Shown here piece by piece: positions 8,782 through 18,124 of a stretch of DNA of 64,000 nucleotides (positions within the stretch are counted from its first letter, which is position 1; each line of letters begins with the position of its first letter). The stretch covers positions 95,905 to 159,904 of the forward strand of contig CBDBMR010000005.1 of NCBI GenBank assembly GCA_965207535.1, given 5' to 3'. Under the pieces are notes generated by a model. The model searched no databases, was not told the DNA's origin, and saw only the letters and a list, made by a program, of their open reading frames with translations. A program made the position numbers and the translations under genes. This stretch comes from Rhodospirillales bacterium. Its GTDB lineage: Bacteria > Pseudomonadota > Alphaproteobacteria > Rhodospirillales > UBA2165.

Positions 8782-9849
8782 CTACTCGGCGGCCGCCGGC
8801 AAATCGCGGCTGTTGAGGGGCAGATTGATGGGCTCGTTGCGCTCCACCGACAGGTCGGCGGCGATATAAACCTCCATCACCGTCCGTGCCTCCTCCGGCG
8901 TCACCATGACGGCCCGGTCGCGGGCGACCGCGTCGATGAAGTGAACGGTCTCGGCGGCCATCGGTCCGGCGTAGACGTGATCGACGAACTCACCCGGCAT
9001 GGTCGACATGGGAAGCTGGATGCCCTTCTCTACCGTGTTCCACAAAACGTCGCGGTGCGTATCGTCGACGGTCAGCATGCCGTCGGTTCCGATGAACTCG
9101 ATCCAGGTGCCGGAGTAATTCGGATAGTTGGGCGGCATGGTCCAGCCGGCGCCGATATTGAGGACGACGCCGTTGTCGAGCGTGACGATAATGTACTGGG
9201 TATCTTCGAGCCCGGATTTTTCCTTCATGATGCCGTAGGCCGACTGGGAATACACCCGGACCGGCTTGGCGCCGCCCATGGCCCAAAGGGCGAAATCGAT
9301 GTCGTGGGTCGCCTCCATTGCGGCCGGTGACAGGCTGATTCGGCCGGAGATCTTGTCTCCCAGTCCCCGGGTAATATGACGGCTGACCAACGCGCTCACC
9401 GGCTTGCCGATAGTGCCGTCGGCGATGGATTTGGCGACATAGGCGAATTTCGGATTGAAACGCTGGGAGTAGCCGATGGTGAATTTGAGGTCCTTTGCCT
9501 TGGCGAGGTCGACCAGTTCGTCAGCTTCGGCGAGGGTCAACGCGATGGGCTTTTCCAGAAAGACGTGCTTGCCGGCCTCCATGCTCGCCTTGGCCATCGG
9601 GTAGTGGGTGGTCTCGGGCGTGGCGGAGATGATGACCGCCGTAATCCCGTTGTTCTTCAGGAGTTCCTCGTAGTCCGCCGTCGCCGTGACGGCGCCGGTC
9701 ATGGACTGAACTTCCTTGAGACGCTCCGGGTTGGTCTCCGCAATATGGAGTTCGCCGACGAGCGGATTGTCCGCACAGCTTACCGCGCGTATGCCGCCAC
9801 ACCAGCCGGTGCCGATAATCGCCACGTTAATCGGATTGTACATGCCCAT
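8782..9849 (-). CDS. Gfo/Idh/MocA family oxidoreductase
   Basis: INVAIIGTGWCGG...EKPIALTLAEADELV, the family's typical N-terminal Rossmann fold plus EKP motif. Confidence 0.85.
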   Translation of the reverse strand: MGMYNPINVAIIGTGWCGGIRAVSCADNPLVGELHIAETNPERLKEVQSMTGAVTATADYEELLKNNGITAVIISATPETTHYPMAKASMEAGKHVFLEKPIALTLAEADELVDLAKAKDLKFTIGYSQRFNPKFAYVAKSIADGTIGKPVSALVSRHITRGLGDKISGRISLSPAAMEATHDIDFALWAMGGAKPVRVYSQSAYGIMKEKSGLEDTQYIIVTLDNGVVLNIGAGWTMPPNYPNYSGTWIEFIGTDGMLTVDDTHRDVLWNTVEKGIQLPMSTMPGEFVDHVYAGPMAAETVHFIDAVARDRAVMVTPEEARTVMEVYIAADLSVERNEPINLPLNSRDLPAAAE

Positions 9850-9890
9850 AACCCCTGAAGCCCCGGCCAGAGCCGGAAAGTGTTTTTGAA

Positions 9891-9904
9891 GTCTTATATG
9901 AGAC
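9891..9904. promoter_or_regulatory. Operator-like palindrome GTCTTATATGAGAC (site 1 of 3)
   Basis: Matches 13 of 14 positions of the perfect palindrome at the other two sites. It lies 42 nt upstream of the Gfo/Idh/MocA start. Confidence 0.5.
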
Positions 9905-9964
9905 CGAAATTGACCGAGAGCAACGCGCCCTTCGCCCCTGTCCGGTCACTGTAGGCGAATATGA

Positions 9965-9994
9965 AAATGGCATCCCCCGGAGGGGATGCCATTT
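9965..9994 (-). terminator. Rho-independent terminator after tctC
   Basis: A perfect 13-bp stem (AAATGGCATCCCC / GGGGATGCCATTT) with a 4-nt loop, followed on the minus strand by a U-rich run (UUUUCAUAUU). It lies 17 nt downstream of the tctC stop. Confidence 0.7.
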
Positions 9995-10010
9995 CCGGAA
10001 CCGACCTGGC

Positions 10011-10976
10011 TTAGTTGGAGGCCAAGCCCTTGATCATGTTCTTGTAGGCCTTGCTCTGCATGGGACGGCGCTTCTCGTAATCTTCGCCGCTCTCAAAGTT
10101 CGCAACCTCGCCGATGGCCTTGATCAGACGCAGGTACGTCTTGTCTTTCTGGATCGCAACCATGGCATCGCGGAGTTTCTTCAGGCGGTCGGCGGGAATG
10201 CCGCGCGGCGCCATCAGGATGCGGTGCATCTGACCGATATCGGCGGTGTAGCCCAGATCCTTAAAGGTCGGCACCCCTTTGAAGTCGCTCTTCTGACCGG
10301 CGCTGATCAGGACACGTACCTTGTCGCCCTGGCCGAGAATGGTCGACTTGAACTGCATGGTGAAGTCGGCTTCGCCACGCAGGAAACCGGCCATGGAGGG
10401 TCCGCCGCCTTTGTACGGCACCATGACGATCTTGTCGGCGATGCCCGCTTCGGTGAACAGCTGCAGGGCCGGCGCGTGGGTGGCGCCCCAGTTGCCCGAA
10501 TGGGCGAACTTGACCGTACCCGGCTTCGCTTTGGCCGCCGCCACGAGATCCTGGAACGACTTGAACGGGCTGTCGGCGCGCACGATGATCGAGAAGAAAC
10601 CGGAGTTCAGCTTCGCGACGGTGACAAAATCCTTGTCGGTGTCATAGGGAAGCTTCTTCACATGCTTCTGCAGTTGATCGAAGTAGTTGTGCGAGAACAG
10701 CAGGGTGTACCCGTCCGGCTTTGCCTTGGCGGCGGCAGCCGTACCGGTCTGGCCCGACGCGCCCGGCATCAGCTTCACGATCATCGCATTGCCGAGATAC
10801 TGCGGAATGACGGAGGTGAACACCCGCGCGTTCCGGTCGTGAGATCCGCCCGCACCAAGGGGCATGATCATGGTAATGGGCTTCTCGGGAAATTCGGCCC
10901 GGACGTCATTGACGCCGAGCAGACCGAATACGAGAAGGGCTCCCAGAAGTAGTTTGGACAAATTTGCTATCCGCAT
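10011..10976 (-). CDS. tctC: Tripartite tricarboxylate transporter (TTT) substrate-binding protein (TctC/Bug family)
   Basis: Signal peptide MRIANLSKLLLGALLVFGLLGVNDVRA followed by EFPEKPITMIMPLGAGGSHD..VPYKGGGPS. GAGAGGAAAG precedes the ATG at 10976. Confidence 0.85.
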   Translation of the reverse strand: MRIANLSKLLLGALLVFGLLGVNDVRAEFPEKPITMIMPLGAGGSHDRNARVFTSVIPQYLGNAMIVKLMPGASGQTGTAAAAKAKPDGYTLLFSHNYFDQLQKHVKKLPYDTDKDFVTVAKLNSGFFSIIVRADSPFKSFQDLVAAAKAKPGTVKFAHSGNWGATHAPALQLFTEAGIADKIVMVPYKGGGPSMAGFLRGEADFTMQFKSTILGQGDKVRVLISAGQKSDFKGVPTFKDLGYTADIGQMHRILMAPRGIPADRLKKLRDAMVAIQKDKTYLRLIKAIGEVANFESGEDYEKRRPMQSKAYKNMIKGLASN

Positions 10977-11057
10977 TGTCTTTCCTCTCTGTTGGTCGTC
11001 TCTCTTCAATAGTGTTCCCTGTAAAACAGGGGCGGTAAATCATTTTGTGCCTGCCAA

Positions 11058-11071
11058 GTCTTATATAAGAC
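11058..11071. promoter_or_regulatory. Operator-like perfect palindrome GTCTTATATAAGAC (site 2 of 3)
   Basis: Perfect 14-bp palindrome (16 bp with the flanking A/T), 82 nt upstream of the tctC start. Confidence 0.55.
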
Positions 11072-11114
11072 TATATAGCACGCCTCAGGGTCAAGTGCAC
11101 CCCGGCATCCTTCA

Positions 11115-12638
11115 TCAGTGCGCGGCGCCTTCACCAAACCTCTGTCTGAGCCGGTTGTTGCGGCGCCACATCAAATATGTCAGCAACGGTGTCAACGCCA
11201 GGATGGCTGCGGCCGCTGGACGCTCCAACGTAATGAAGGTCAGCAGGTCCCCCTGCGCCAAGGTCACGGTCTGACCAAAGGAATATTCGAGTGTCGGCCC
11301 CAGGATGAAGCCCATGGCCATGGGCGTCACGTCGAAATGCAGTTTTTTGGCCACGTATCCAAAAACGCCGAAGAACACCAGGACGGCCAGATCGAAGGGC
11401 TGTCCCCGGAACACCCACGAGCCGGCAAACGCGAACACCAGTGTCAACGGCAACAAAAATGACTTCCTGATCGTCACTACCTTGGCGAAGAAGGGAATGC
11501 ACAGGTAGCCGATGAACAGGAACAGAATGTTTGCGAGAATAATGGAGAGCAGAATGGCAAAAACGAGCGAGCCCTGATCCTCCATGAGTTGGGGGCCGGG
11601 CCGCATGCCATGCGCAATGAACGCGCCGACAAGAATGACCGTGAGGTTGTCGCCTGGAATCCCGAGGGTAAGGAGCGGCACCAGTGTCGGCCCATTTACG
11701 GCGTTGTTCGCAGCTTCCGCGGCCGCCACTCCTTCAAGCTCGCCTTGGCCAAATCTCTCGGGGTGATCGGACGCGCTTTTGGCCGCGGCATATCCCATAA
11801 ACGCCGCGACGACCTGGCCAACGCCGGGCACCATCCCAATGGTCGTGCCGATCACGGTGGACCGGCCGATCGTACGAAGACAGCTCTTGAATTCGGCAAA
11901 GGTGAGGCGTTCTCCGGAGACCTTCAATCCCTCGGCGCTGATGATCTGGGATGCTTTTTTCTCGATGCCGGCAAAAATCTCGGGAAGCGCAAACACGCCG
12001 ATCAGCATGGGCAGCAGCGGGATACCGGATTCCACCGACGTTATCCCGAACGAGAACCGCGACAGCGCGCCGATGGGATCCTGACCGACCATGGCGAAGA
12101 ACAAACCAATGGCGAGCATCAGCAGGCCTTTGACAAATACGCCGCTGGACGTAGCTGAAATGACAATCAACGCCAAAAACAGGACGGCGGCCAACTCCGG
12201 CGGTCCCATAAGAAGCGCGACAGCGGCGATGGGACCGATCAGGGCAATGGTGAAAATGTCACTCGCGGTGTCCCCGATCACCGATGAAAACAACGCTGTC
12301 TCCAGGGCCTTCCGCCCTTTCCCCTTTCTGGTCAGGGGCGGACCGTCGAATGTGGTCGCCACGGCCGCGCCGGTGCCCGGCATCGACACCAATATGGCAG
12401 GGATACTGCCCCCGTAAATTCCGCCCTTATAGACGCCGATCAAAAACGGAATCCCCAGCAGGGGGTGAAGAAAGAACGAGATAGGCAGCAAGATCGCCAT
12501 CGCCATCAATGTGGTGAAACCGGGCAAGGCGCCGACGAACATGCCAAGGAACAATCCGGCGGCAATCAGAAGGAACGTCATCAACACCGTTTCCGGGTTA
12601 AACAGGATCCCAAATCCGCCTAGAAATGCTTCGAACAT
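11115..12638 (-). CDS. tctA: TTT transporter large permease (TctA family)
   Basis: 507-aa polytopic membrane ORF with a TctA-like sequence (GALPGFTTLMAMAILLP, GIPGDNLTVIL). Confidence 0.85.
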   Translation of the reverse strand: MFEAFLGGFGILFNPETVLMTFLLIAAGLFLGMFVGALPGFTTLMAMAILLPISFFLHPLLGIPFLIGVYKGGIYGGSIPAILVSMPGTGAAVATTFDGPPLTRKGKGRKALETALFSSVIGDTASDIFTIALIGPIAAVALLMGPPELAAVLFLALIVISATSSGVFVKGLLMLAIGLFFAMVGQDPIGALSRFSFGITSVESGIPLLPMLIGVFALPEIFAGIEKKASQIISAEGLKVSGERLTFAEFKSCLRTIGRSTVIGTTIGMVPGVGQVVAAFMGYAAAKSASDHPERFGQGELEGVAAAEAANNAVNGPTLVPLLTLGIPGDNLTVILVGAFIAHGMRPGPQLMEDQGSLVFAILLSIILANILFLFIGYLCIPFFAKVVTIRKSFLLPLTLVFAFAGSWVFRGQPFDLAVLVFFGVFGYVAKKLHFDVTPMAMGFILGPTLEYSFGQTVTLAQGDLLTFITLERPAAAAILALTPLLTYLMWRRNNRLRQRFGEGAAH

Positions 12639-12653
12639 CGATTAAGCGCCGCC

Positions 12654-13241
12654 CTAAAATACCGACTTGTTGCTGAGCCACTTCAACGGCTCATAAATTA
12701 CCCAGTTGCTGGGAACGGCCTCATCTATCGGAAACGGCGGCAACGACGTTACCAGCACCTTCGTAAACAGCATAAACAGCGCAAAGGGTACGATGATGGA
12801 GACCAGCGCGCCCGCCCAATAGTTGCGGTTTCCGAAATAGGTCGAGACCACGAAGATCATGATCATGCTGCCCGCCACGAAACCGATATTGACCATGAGC
12901 CAGACATAGCCGGCCATGCAGGCGGCGGTCACCGCTACATTCGTAATTGCTTCGCGGTCGAGATCGCGAAGTTCATTCCGTTGACGCAGCGACCGGCTTT
13001 TCCAGAAAAACCAAATACCGAGCACGAATATGCCGACGGCGATGACCTGGGGGAAGAGTTCCGCCGGCAGGGAGACGTCTCCGACGACGCGAATGAGCGG
13101 CTTGTCGACGTGATCTGGAATGAGAACCCATAGGGCGATCGACAGCGCAACGAAAATCAGCGCGGCGACCGAATTATAGTTGAGATGCTTCTCGGACGTT
13201 TCTGTTTCCGTATCGCCCAACTGAGGCTTCCCTTCCATCAA
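12654..13241 (-). CDS. tctB: TTT transporter small membrane subunit (TctB family)
   Basis: A small four-helix membrane protein directly upstream of tctA. The assignment rests on position and hydrophobicity, and the start is uncertain. Confidence 0.65.
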   Translation of the reverse strand: MMEGKPQLGDTETETSEKHLNYNSVAALIFVALSIALWVLIPDHVDKPLIRVVGDVSLPAELFPQVIAVGIFVLGIWFFWKSRSLRQRNELRDLDREAITNVAVTAACMAGYVWLMVNIGFVAGSMIMIFVVSTYFGNRNYWAGALVSIIVPFALFMLFTKVLVTSLPPFPIDEAVPSNWVIYEPLKWLSNKSVF

Positions 13242-13323
13242 ATTACGGTTCGGATCTTTGGCCCGATTGTCGCCCCCGAAAAATCAGCAAACTCGACCGG
13301 CCCCAATAACCATATATTTTATA

Positions 13324-13337
13324 GTCTTATATAAGAC
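13324..13337. promoter_or_regulatory. Operator-like perfect palindrome GTCTTATATAAGAC (site 3 of 3)
   Basis: Perfect 14-bp palindrome 83 nt upstream of tctB, in the divergent region shared with the 13467 membrane-protein gene. It is flanked by the AT-rich run ATATATTTTATA. Confidence 0.55.
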
Positions 13338-13466
13338 CGCGGTGGTGTACTTGTCCGCCCTGATCGAGTCAAGGGCCCGGACCGGCGAACCCCCCGGCCA
13401 AAAGCGAGCTTAACGAATAGTACGAAAACAGTATGATCCTCAACATTCCCGATAGAATTATCTGAA

Positions 13467-14927
13467 TTGCGGCATACCATCTTGAGCGTGACCCACTTAC
13501 CTACCCTCGGCCTCGCGGCGCTCTTGCTCGCCGCGTCGGCGGGCCCGGCCGCCGCGCACGCGTTCGGTCAACGCTTCGATTTGCCTGTGCCACTGCCGTT
13601 CTTCCTGTTCGGCGCCGGTGCAGCGGTTGCCTTGTCGTTCGTTGTCGCCGCCCTGTTCATGCGTCATCGGCCCGACGACCAGCCGCCGAAAATGAACCTG
13701 CTGAACGTCCAGCCGTTTCGTATTCTGGCCCACCCCGTCCCGGTCTTTGTCATCAGGCTGATTTTTGTCGGGGTCTTTTTTCTGATCATCGCCACTGGAT
13801 ATGCCGGTAACCAAAACCCATTGCAGAATTTCTCGGTGGTCATGGTCTGGGTGATCGCGTGGGTCGGACTGGCATTCATATGTTCGCTGATCGGCAATGC
13901 CTGGGCGCTTCTCAATCCCTGGAACACGCTCTTCCTGTGGGCCGAACAAGCCTACGGAGCGGCAACGGGCAGGCGGCTGTCCAGCGGCCTCGCGTGCCCG
14001 CCCGGGATGGGGTCCTGGCCGGCCGTCATTCTGTTCGCCATCTTTGCCTGGATGGAAATTTCGTGGCCGGGCGGCGCGGTCCCTCGAAATATCGCCATCG
14101 CGCTCACCATCTATTCGGTCATCACCTGGACCGGCATGTTTCTCACCAGCCGCGAGGAGTGGTTGGAGCGCGGCGAGGCCTTTCACAACGTGTTCGGAAC
14201 ATTTGCGCGGTTCTCCATCACCGAGGGCCGGGCCACACCGGAAGGACGGGAATGGAATCTCCGGCCGCCCGGTGTCGGGTTGCGGGCCGGCAAACTGCCC
14301 AATGCCGGCCTGATGGTCTTCATCCTAGTGCTCTTGGCGACGGTCAGTTGGGACGGCTTTACCGAGACCGAGCAATCAAAACGCATCGCCCTCGAAGCCT
14401 TCTACATAATCCAGGACATCGGGCGGCTGGCCGTGCCGATCGTCGAATTGATCGGCCTCGCTGCGTTCCCGATCCTGTTTATTGCCGTCTATCTGATTTT
14501 CATGGCGGCGGTCAGCGCCATGGGCGGGGACGTCCGGGACACGTTCCGAGTGGCACGGATCATGGTCTACTCCATCGTCCCCATCGCCATCGCTTATCAC
14601 CTCTCCCACTACTACACGCTGCTAGCCATCGACGGGCAGCTTCTCATCTCACGCATTTCGGATCCGTTCGGGTTCGGCTGGGACCTGTTTGGGACCGCAG
14701 GGCACAAGGTCGACATCGCCGTGGTCAGCGCGAGGTCGGTCTGGTTCATTTCCGTCGGCGCGATCGTCGTCGGCCACGTGGCCGCCGTCTATCTCGCCCA
14801 TGCCGAGGCGCTGAAGTTTTACCGGGATCGCGGCCGCGCCCTCCGCAGCCAACTGCCGATGCTGGTTTTGATGGTCGGCTACACGATGATCAGTCTGTGG
14901 ATTATCGCCCAACCCATCGTTGCCTGA
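13467..14927 (+). CDS. Conserved-looking polytopic membrane protein of unknown function
   Basis: 486-aa ORF with a signal-like N-terminus ending AAAHAFGQRFDLPVPLP and then about 10 or more hydrophobic segments. I do not recognise the family. Confidence 0.6.
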   Translation: MRHTILSVTHLPTLGLAALLLAASAGPAAAHAFGQRFDLPVPLPFFLFGAGAAVALSFVVAALFMRHRPDDQPPKMNLLNVQPFRILAHPVPVFVIRLIFVGVFFLIIATGYAGNQNPLQNFSVVMVWVIAWVGLAFICSLIGNAWALLNPWNTLFLWAEQAYGAATGRRLSSGLACPPGMGSWPAVILFAIFAWMEISWPGGAVPRNIAIALTIYSVITWTGMFLTSREEWLERGEAFHNVFGTFARFSITEGRATPEGREWNLRPPGVGLRAGKLPNAGLMVFILVLLATVSWDGFTETEQSKRIALEAFYIIQDIGRLAVPIVELIGLAAFPILFIAVYLIFMAAVSAMGGDVRDTFRVARIMVYSIVPIAIAYHLSHYYTLLAIDGQLLISRISDPFGFGWDLFGTAGHKVDIAVVSARSVWFISVGAIVVGHVAAVYLAHAEALKFYRDRGRALRSQLPMLVLMVGYTMISLWIIAQPIVA

Positions 14928-15084
14928 GCATCCGCCGGACGCACCGGAAAGTGCGGAAATGGCGCGGAATTCAGCCCAAATTTATCTGGCAACCCCCGGG
15001 GGGCAATGCTATGTCACGGCACCTTTGGAAACCGATATTTGCCCGCCCCCGGGCCCACGAATTCATCCGGTGAGGAATTGATCG

Positions 15085-16044
15085 ATGAGTACCCAGGTAG
15101 CCGTTACCGATACCGTTTTTCCCAGCCTCGACCCCGCCAAGGAGGCCCTGTCCCGCGTCGATGCGGAACTCACGCTCGCTTCCGAGCCGACCGTGGAGGG
15201 CATCCTGGAGGTGGCCGCCGATGCCGACGCTCTGCTGGTCACCTATGGCCAGATCAACGCCGACGTCATTGCCGGGCTCAATAACTGCAAAGCCATCGGC
15301 CGGTTCGGAATCGGCACCGACAACATCGATATCGGGGCGGCGGCCGGGAAGGGAATCGTCGTCACCTACGCGCCGGTCTATTGCCTGGACGAGGTTTCGG
15401 ATCACGCGATGGCGCTCCTGCTGTCCGTGGCCCGCAAGATTCCGTACGCCAACAACCTGGTCGCCGACGGCCGTTGGGAAATGCCGGCGGTGGTCCCGAT
15501 CGCGCGGCTCCGGGGAAACACCCTCGGCCTCCTGGGCCTCGGCAACATCCCGCAGCAAATTGTCGGCAAGGCGCAGGCGTTCGGCATGAACGTCATTGCC
15601 GCCGACCCGTACTGCCCCGATGAAGTCTTTGGGAAGCTGAATGTCGCCAAGGTCGAGTTTGACGATCTCCTGGCGCAATCGGACTACATTTCCGTCCACG
15701 CGCCGCTGACGCCCGAGACCGAGAAGATGTTCAACATGGACGCCTTCAAGAAGATGAAGAACACAGCGTTCCTCATCAACACCGCGCGCGGACCCCTGGT
15801 CGATACCGCAGATCTGGCCGCCGCGCTGGACGCGGGCGAAATCGCCGGCGCCGGCCTCGACGTGTTGCCGTCCGAGCCGCCGGCCGCCGATGACCCCATC
15901 GTCGGGCGGGACAATGTGGTGATCACCCCGCACACCGGGTTCTACTCCGAAGACGCCTTGCTGGATCTGCAGACCACGGTCGCCAGCGACGTCGCCGCCG
16001 TACTCGCCGGCGAGGAGCCCAAATATCCCGTGAAGCCCCGCTAA
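15085..16044 (+). CDS. D-isomer-specific 2-hydroxyacid dehydrogenase family protein
   Basis: LGLLGLGNIPQQIV NAD motif, SDYISVHAPLTPET, NTARGPLVD and a TPHTGFYS catalytic His region. Confidence 0.85.
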   Translation: MSTQVAVTDTVFPSLDPAKEALSRVDAELTLASEPTVEGILEVAADADALLVTYGQINADVIAGLNNCKAIGRFGIGTDNIDIGAAAGKGIVVTYAPVYCLDEVSDHAMALLLSVARKIPYANNLVADGRWEMPAVVPIARLRGNTLGLLGLGNIPQQIVGKAQAFGMNVIAADPYCPDEVFGKLNVAKVEFDDLLAQSDYISVHAPLTPETEKMFNMDAFKKMKNTAFLINTARGPLVDTADLAAALDAGEIAGAGLDVLPSEPPAADDPIVGRDNVVITPHTGFYSEDALLDLQTTVASDVAAVLAGEEPKYPVKPR

Positions 16045-16125
16045 CGCCGCGGCCAAGGGAGAGCCCGACATGAAAGGCATGGTGGCTGACGATCATCATA
16101 GATACCCCAGCCAAGGAGACTTTCG

Positions 16126-16962
16126 ATGACTTCTCCCATGGTGGATTCCGCTTGGCTTGCCGAGCATCTGGACGATCCGGGGGTTCGCATTATCGAGGTT
16201 GAATCGGACCCCGAGGGAAAGGCCTACGACGAGGGACACGTTCCGGGCGCTATCCGCTGGTTTTGGAAGGACCTTTGCTGGCACGAGACCGACCGCCAGT
16301 TCGTGACGCCGGATGAGTTGGCCAAACGGCTCGGCGCCGCCGGGATCGGCGACAAGACCACGCTGGTTCTTTATGGCGATCCGGTTCAGTACGGAAACTA
16401 CGCCTTCTGGGCATTGAAGATGGCCGGCCATCCCGACCTGCGGTTGCTCGACGGCGCCCGCAGGAAGTGGCTTGCGGACGGTCACGAATTCACCACCGAC
16501 GTTCCCGCGTATGAGCCGGTCGGGTATACGCCCGGAACGCCCGACCAAACCATGCGTCTCGGGCGCGAGGCCGTGCGCGAGCGCCTGGGCGACCCCGGGC
16601 GCTTCCTGTTGGACGTGCGGACGCCCGAGGAATATTCGGGCGAACGGGTGATGGAGTACGGCCAATTCGACCACGGCGCCGAGCGTGGCGGCCGCATCCC
16701 CGGCGCCAGGCACTTGTTCTTCAAGGAACTGCTCAATGGCGACGATACCTACAAGAGCCCCGAGGAACTGAGCGCCAAATTCAAGGAAGCGGGCGCCGAC
16801 CCCGGCGACGCCGACGAGATCGTCGTCTATTGCCGCCTCTCCCACCGGGCCACCCTCGCCTGGACCGCCATGGCGCTGATCCTGGGCTGGGAGAACATCA
16901 AAATCTACGACGGTTCGTGGACCGAATGGGGCTCGATCGTCGGGTTTCCTGTCGAAAGGTAG
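16126..16962 (+). CDS. Rhodanese-domain sulfurtransferase (thiosulfate/3-mercaptopyruvate sulfurtransferase-like)
   Basis: Tandem rhodanese domains with the active-site loop VVYCRLSHRAT and GHVPGA / GRIPGA motifs. Confidence 0.85.
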   Translation: MTSPMVDSAWLAEHLDDPGVRIIEVESDPEGKAYDEGHVPGAIRWFWKDLCWHETDRQFVTPDELAKRLGAAGIGDKTTLVLYGDPVQYGNYAFWALKMAGHPDLRLLDGARRKWLADGHEFTTDVPAYEPVGYTPGTPDQTMRLGREAVRERLGDPGRFLLDVRTPEEYSGERVMEYGQFDHGAERGGRIPGARHLFFKELLNGDDTYKSPEELSAKFKEAGADPGDADEIVVYCRLSHRATLAWTAMALILGWENIKIYDGSWTEWGSIVGFPVER

Positions 16963-16977
16963 GAAGCGCCGCGCGGC

Positions 16978-17118
16978 CTAGATCGGGTCATGTTTTGACG
17001 GAACCACGGCGCGGTTTCGTCAAAACATGTGAATCCGATCTATTTCAATAGTGTAGAGCCGATTCACATGGATTGTCGGCATCGCAAAGCGACTCCGACA
17101 AACCATGATCGGCTCTAG
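16978..17118 (+). repeat. 141-bp CTAG-bounded three-hairpin intergenic repeat, copy A
   Basis: Near-identical to 51671-51811 (3 mismatches) and to the reverse complement of 46030-46170 (1 mismatch). It contains three consecutive imperfect inverted repeats. Confidence 0.9.
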
Positions 17119-17906
17119 CCGTTCGCCACGAAACCGCCGTCCACAAAGAGCGTATGCCCGGTCACGAAATCGGAAGCTGGGCTGGCGAGATACACCGCGG
17201 CCGCCAACAGATCATCGGTTTCCGCGATGCGGCCGAGCGGGATGCGTTTGACCACGTCATCTTCGAACTTCGCGAGATACTCGGCACGGCTCGGTGTGCG
17301 CACCGCGGTCGGTGCAAGAGAATTAACGCGAATGCCTTCCGGTCCCCATTCGACCGCAAGCGATTCCGTCAGGTGGCTGATTGCCGCCTTGATGGCCGAA
17401 TAGACCGATCGGGTCGGGATCGTCGAACGGGCAAACGTCGAGCTCAGATTGATGATCTTGCCATAGCCTGCGTCGCGCATCAGTTGACCAAGAATCGTAC
17501 ATGCAAAGAATGTCCCTTTGAGGCTCGTATCGAGGGACTTGTTCCATTCCGGCTCGGTGGTGTCCCAGGCGAGCGCCTCAATGGTATAGGCGGCACCGTT
17601 GACCAGAATATGCAGCCCGCCGAACCGATCGCGAACAAAGTCGCGCAATCCTTCGATCTGATCGACGTGTGAAAGATCTATTGAATAGGCCTCGGCGCGC
17701 GGGCCCAGCGCACCTATCTCGGCAACCAGCCCTTCCAGTTTGCTCTTGTCACGGCTGCAGACAATCACGTCCGCGCCGGCAGCGGCCAAACCAAGCGATA
17801 GGGCACGACCTATGCCCTCGCTGGCCCCGGTAACAATCGCCACACGATCGTCGAGACGAAAGCTATCAAGGATATCCGAGCTGGAACCGGTACCGGTCCG
17901 CGACAT
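17115..17906 (-). CDS. SDR family oxidoreductase
   Basis: VAIVTGASEGIGRA...YSAIKAA motifs. The ATG at 17906 has GGAAGG 7 nt upstream. The TAG stop (17115-17117) lies inside the terminal CTAG of repeat copy A. Confidence 0.85.
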   Translation of the reverse strand: MSRTGTGSSSDILDSFRLDDRVAIVTGASEGIGRALSLGLAAAGADVIVCSRDKSKLEGLVAEIGALGPRAEAYSIDLSHVDQIEGLRDFVRDRFGGLHILVNGAAYTIEALAWDTTEPEWNKSLDTSLKGTFFACTILGQLMRDAGYGKIINLSSTFARSTIPTRSVYSAIKAAISHLTESLAVEWGPEGIRVNSLAPTAVRTPSRAEYLAKFEDDVVKRIPLGRIAETDDLLAAAVYLASPASDFVTGHTLFVDGGFVANG

Positions 17907-18124
17907 GAATGAGCCTTCCACAAAATAATTCGACGGCAGAACCTAGCGGCTCGAATCGGTTCTGTCTGCACCGGAAAAACGCCCTTGGCGCATTGCCGTG
18001 CGCGAGATGGACGGACGCCTCCGGCGATGTCAGGGCACTCCGGGCGGTTCGGGCCGGGGATCCGGTCAGCGTCGAGCGGGTGCCCGGCTAAAGCGACTAT
18101 CCCGGCGCCTTCAAATCGCCGGCC

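Noticed and set aside
17115-17906. Idea that the two SDR genes abutting the same end of the 141-bp repeat (17115-17906 and 51808-52512) are cargo or duplicates carried with the element
   Set aside because: Their C-termini and overall sequences differ (...LFVDGGFVANG vs ...EIEVRPWVEKF; 263 vs 234 aa). Similarity ends exactly at the CTAG, so only the element is repeated.
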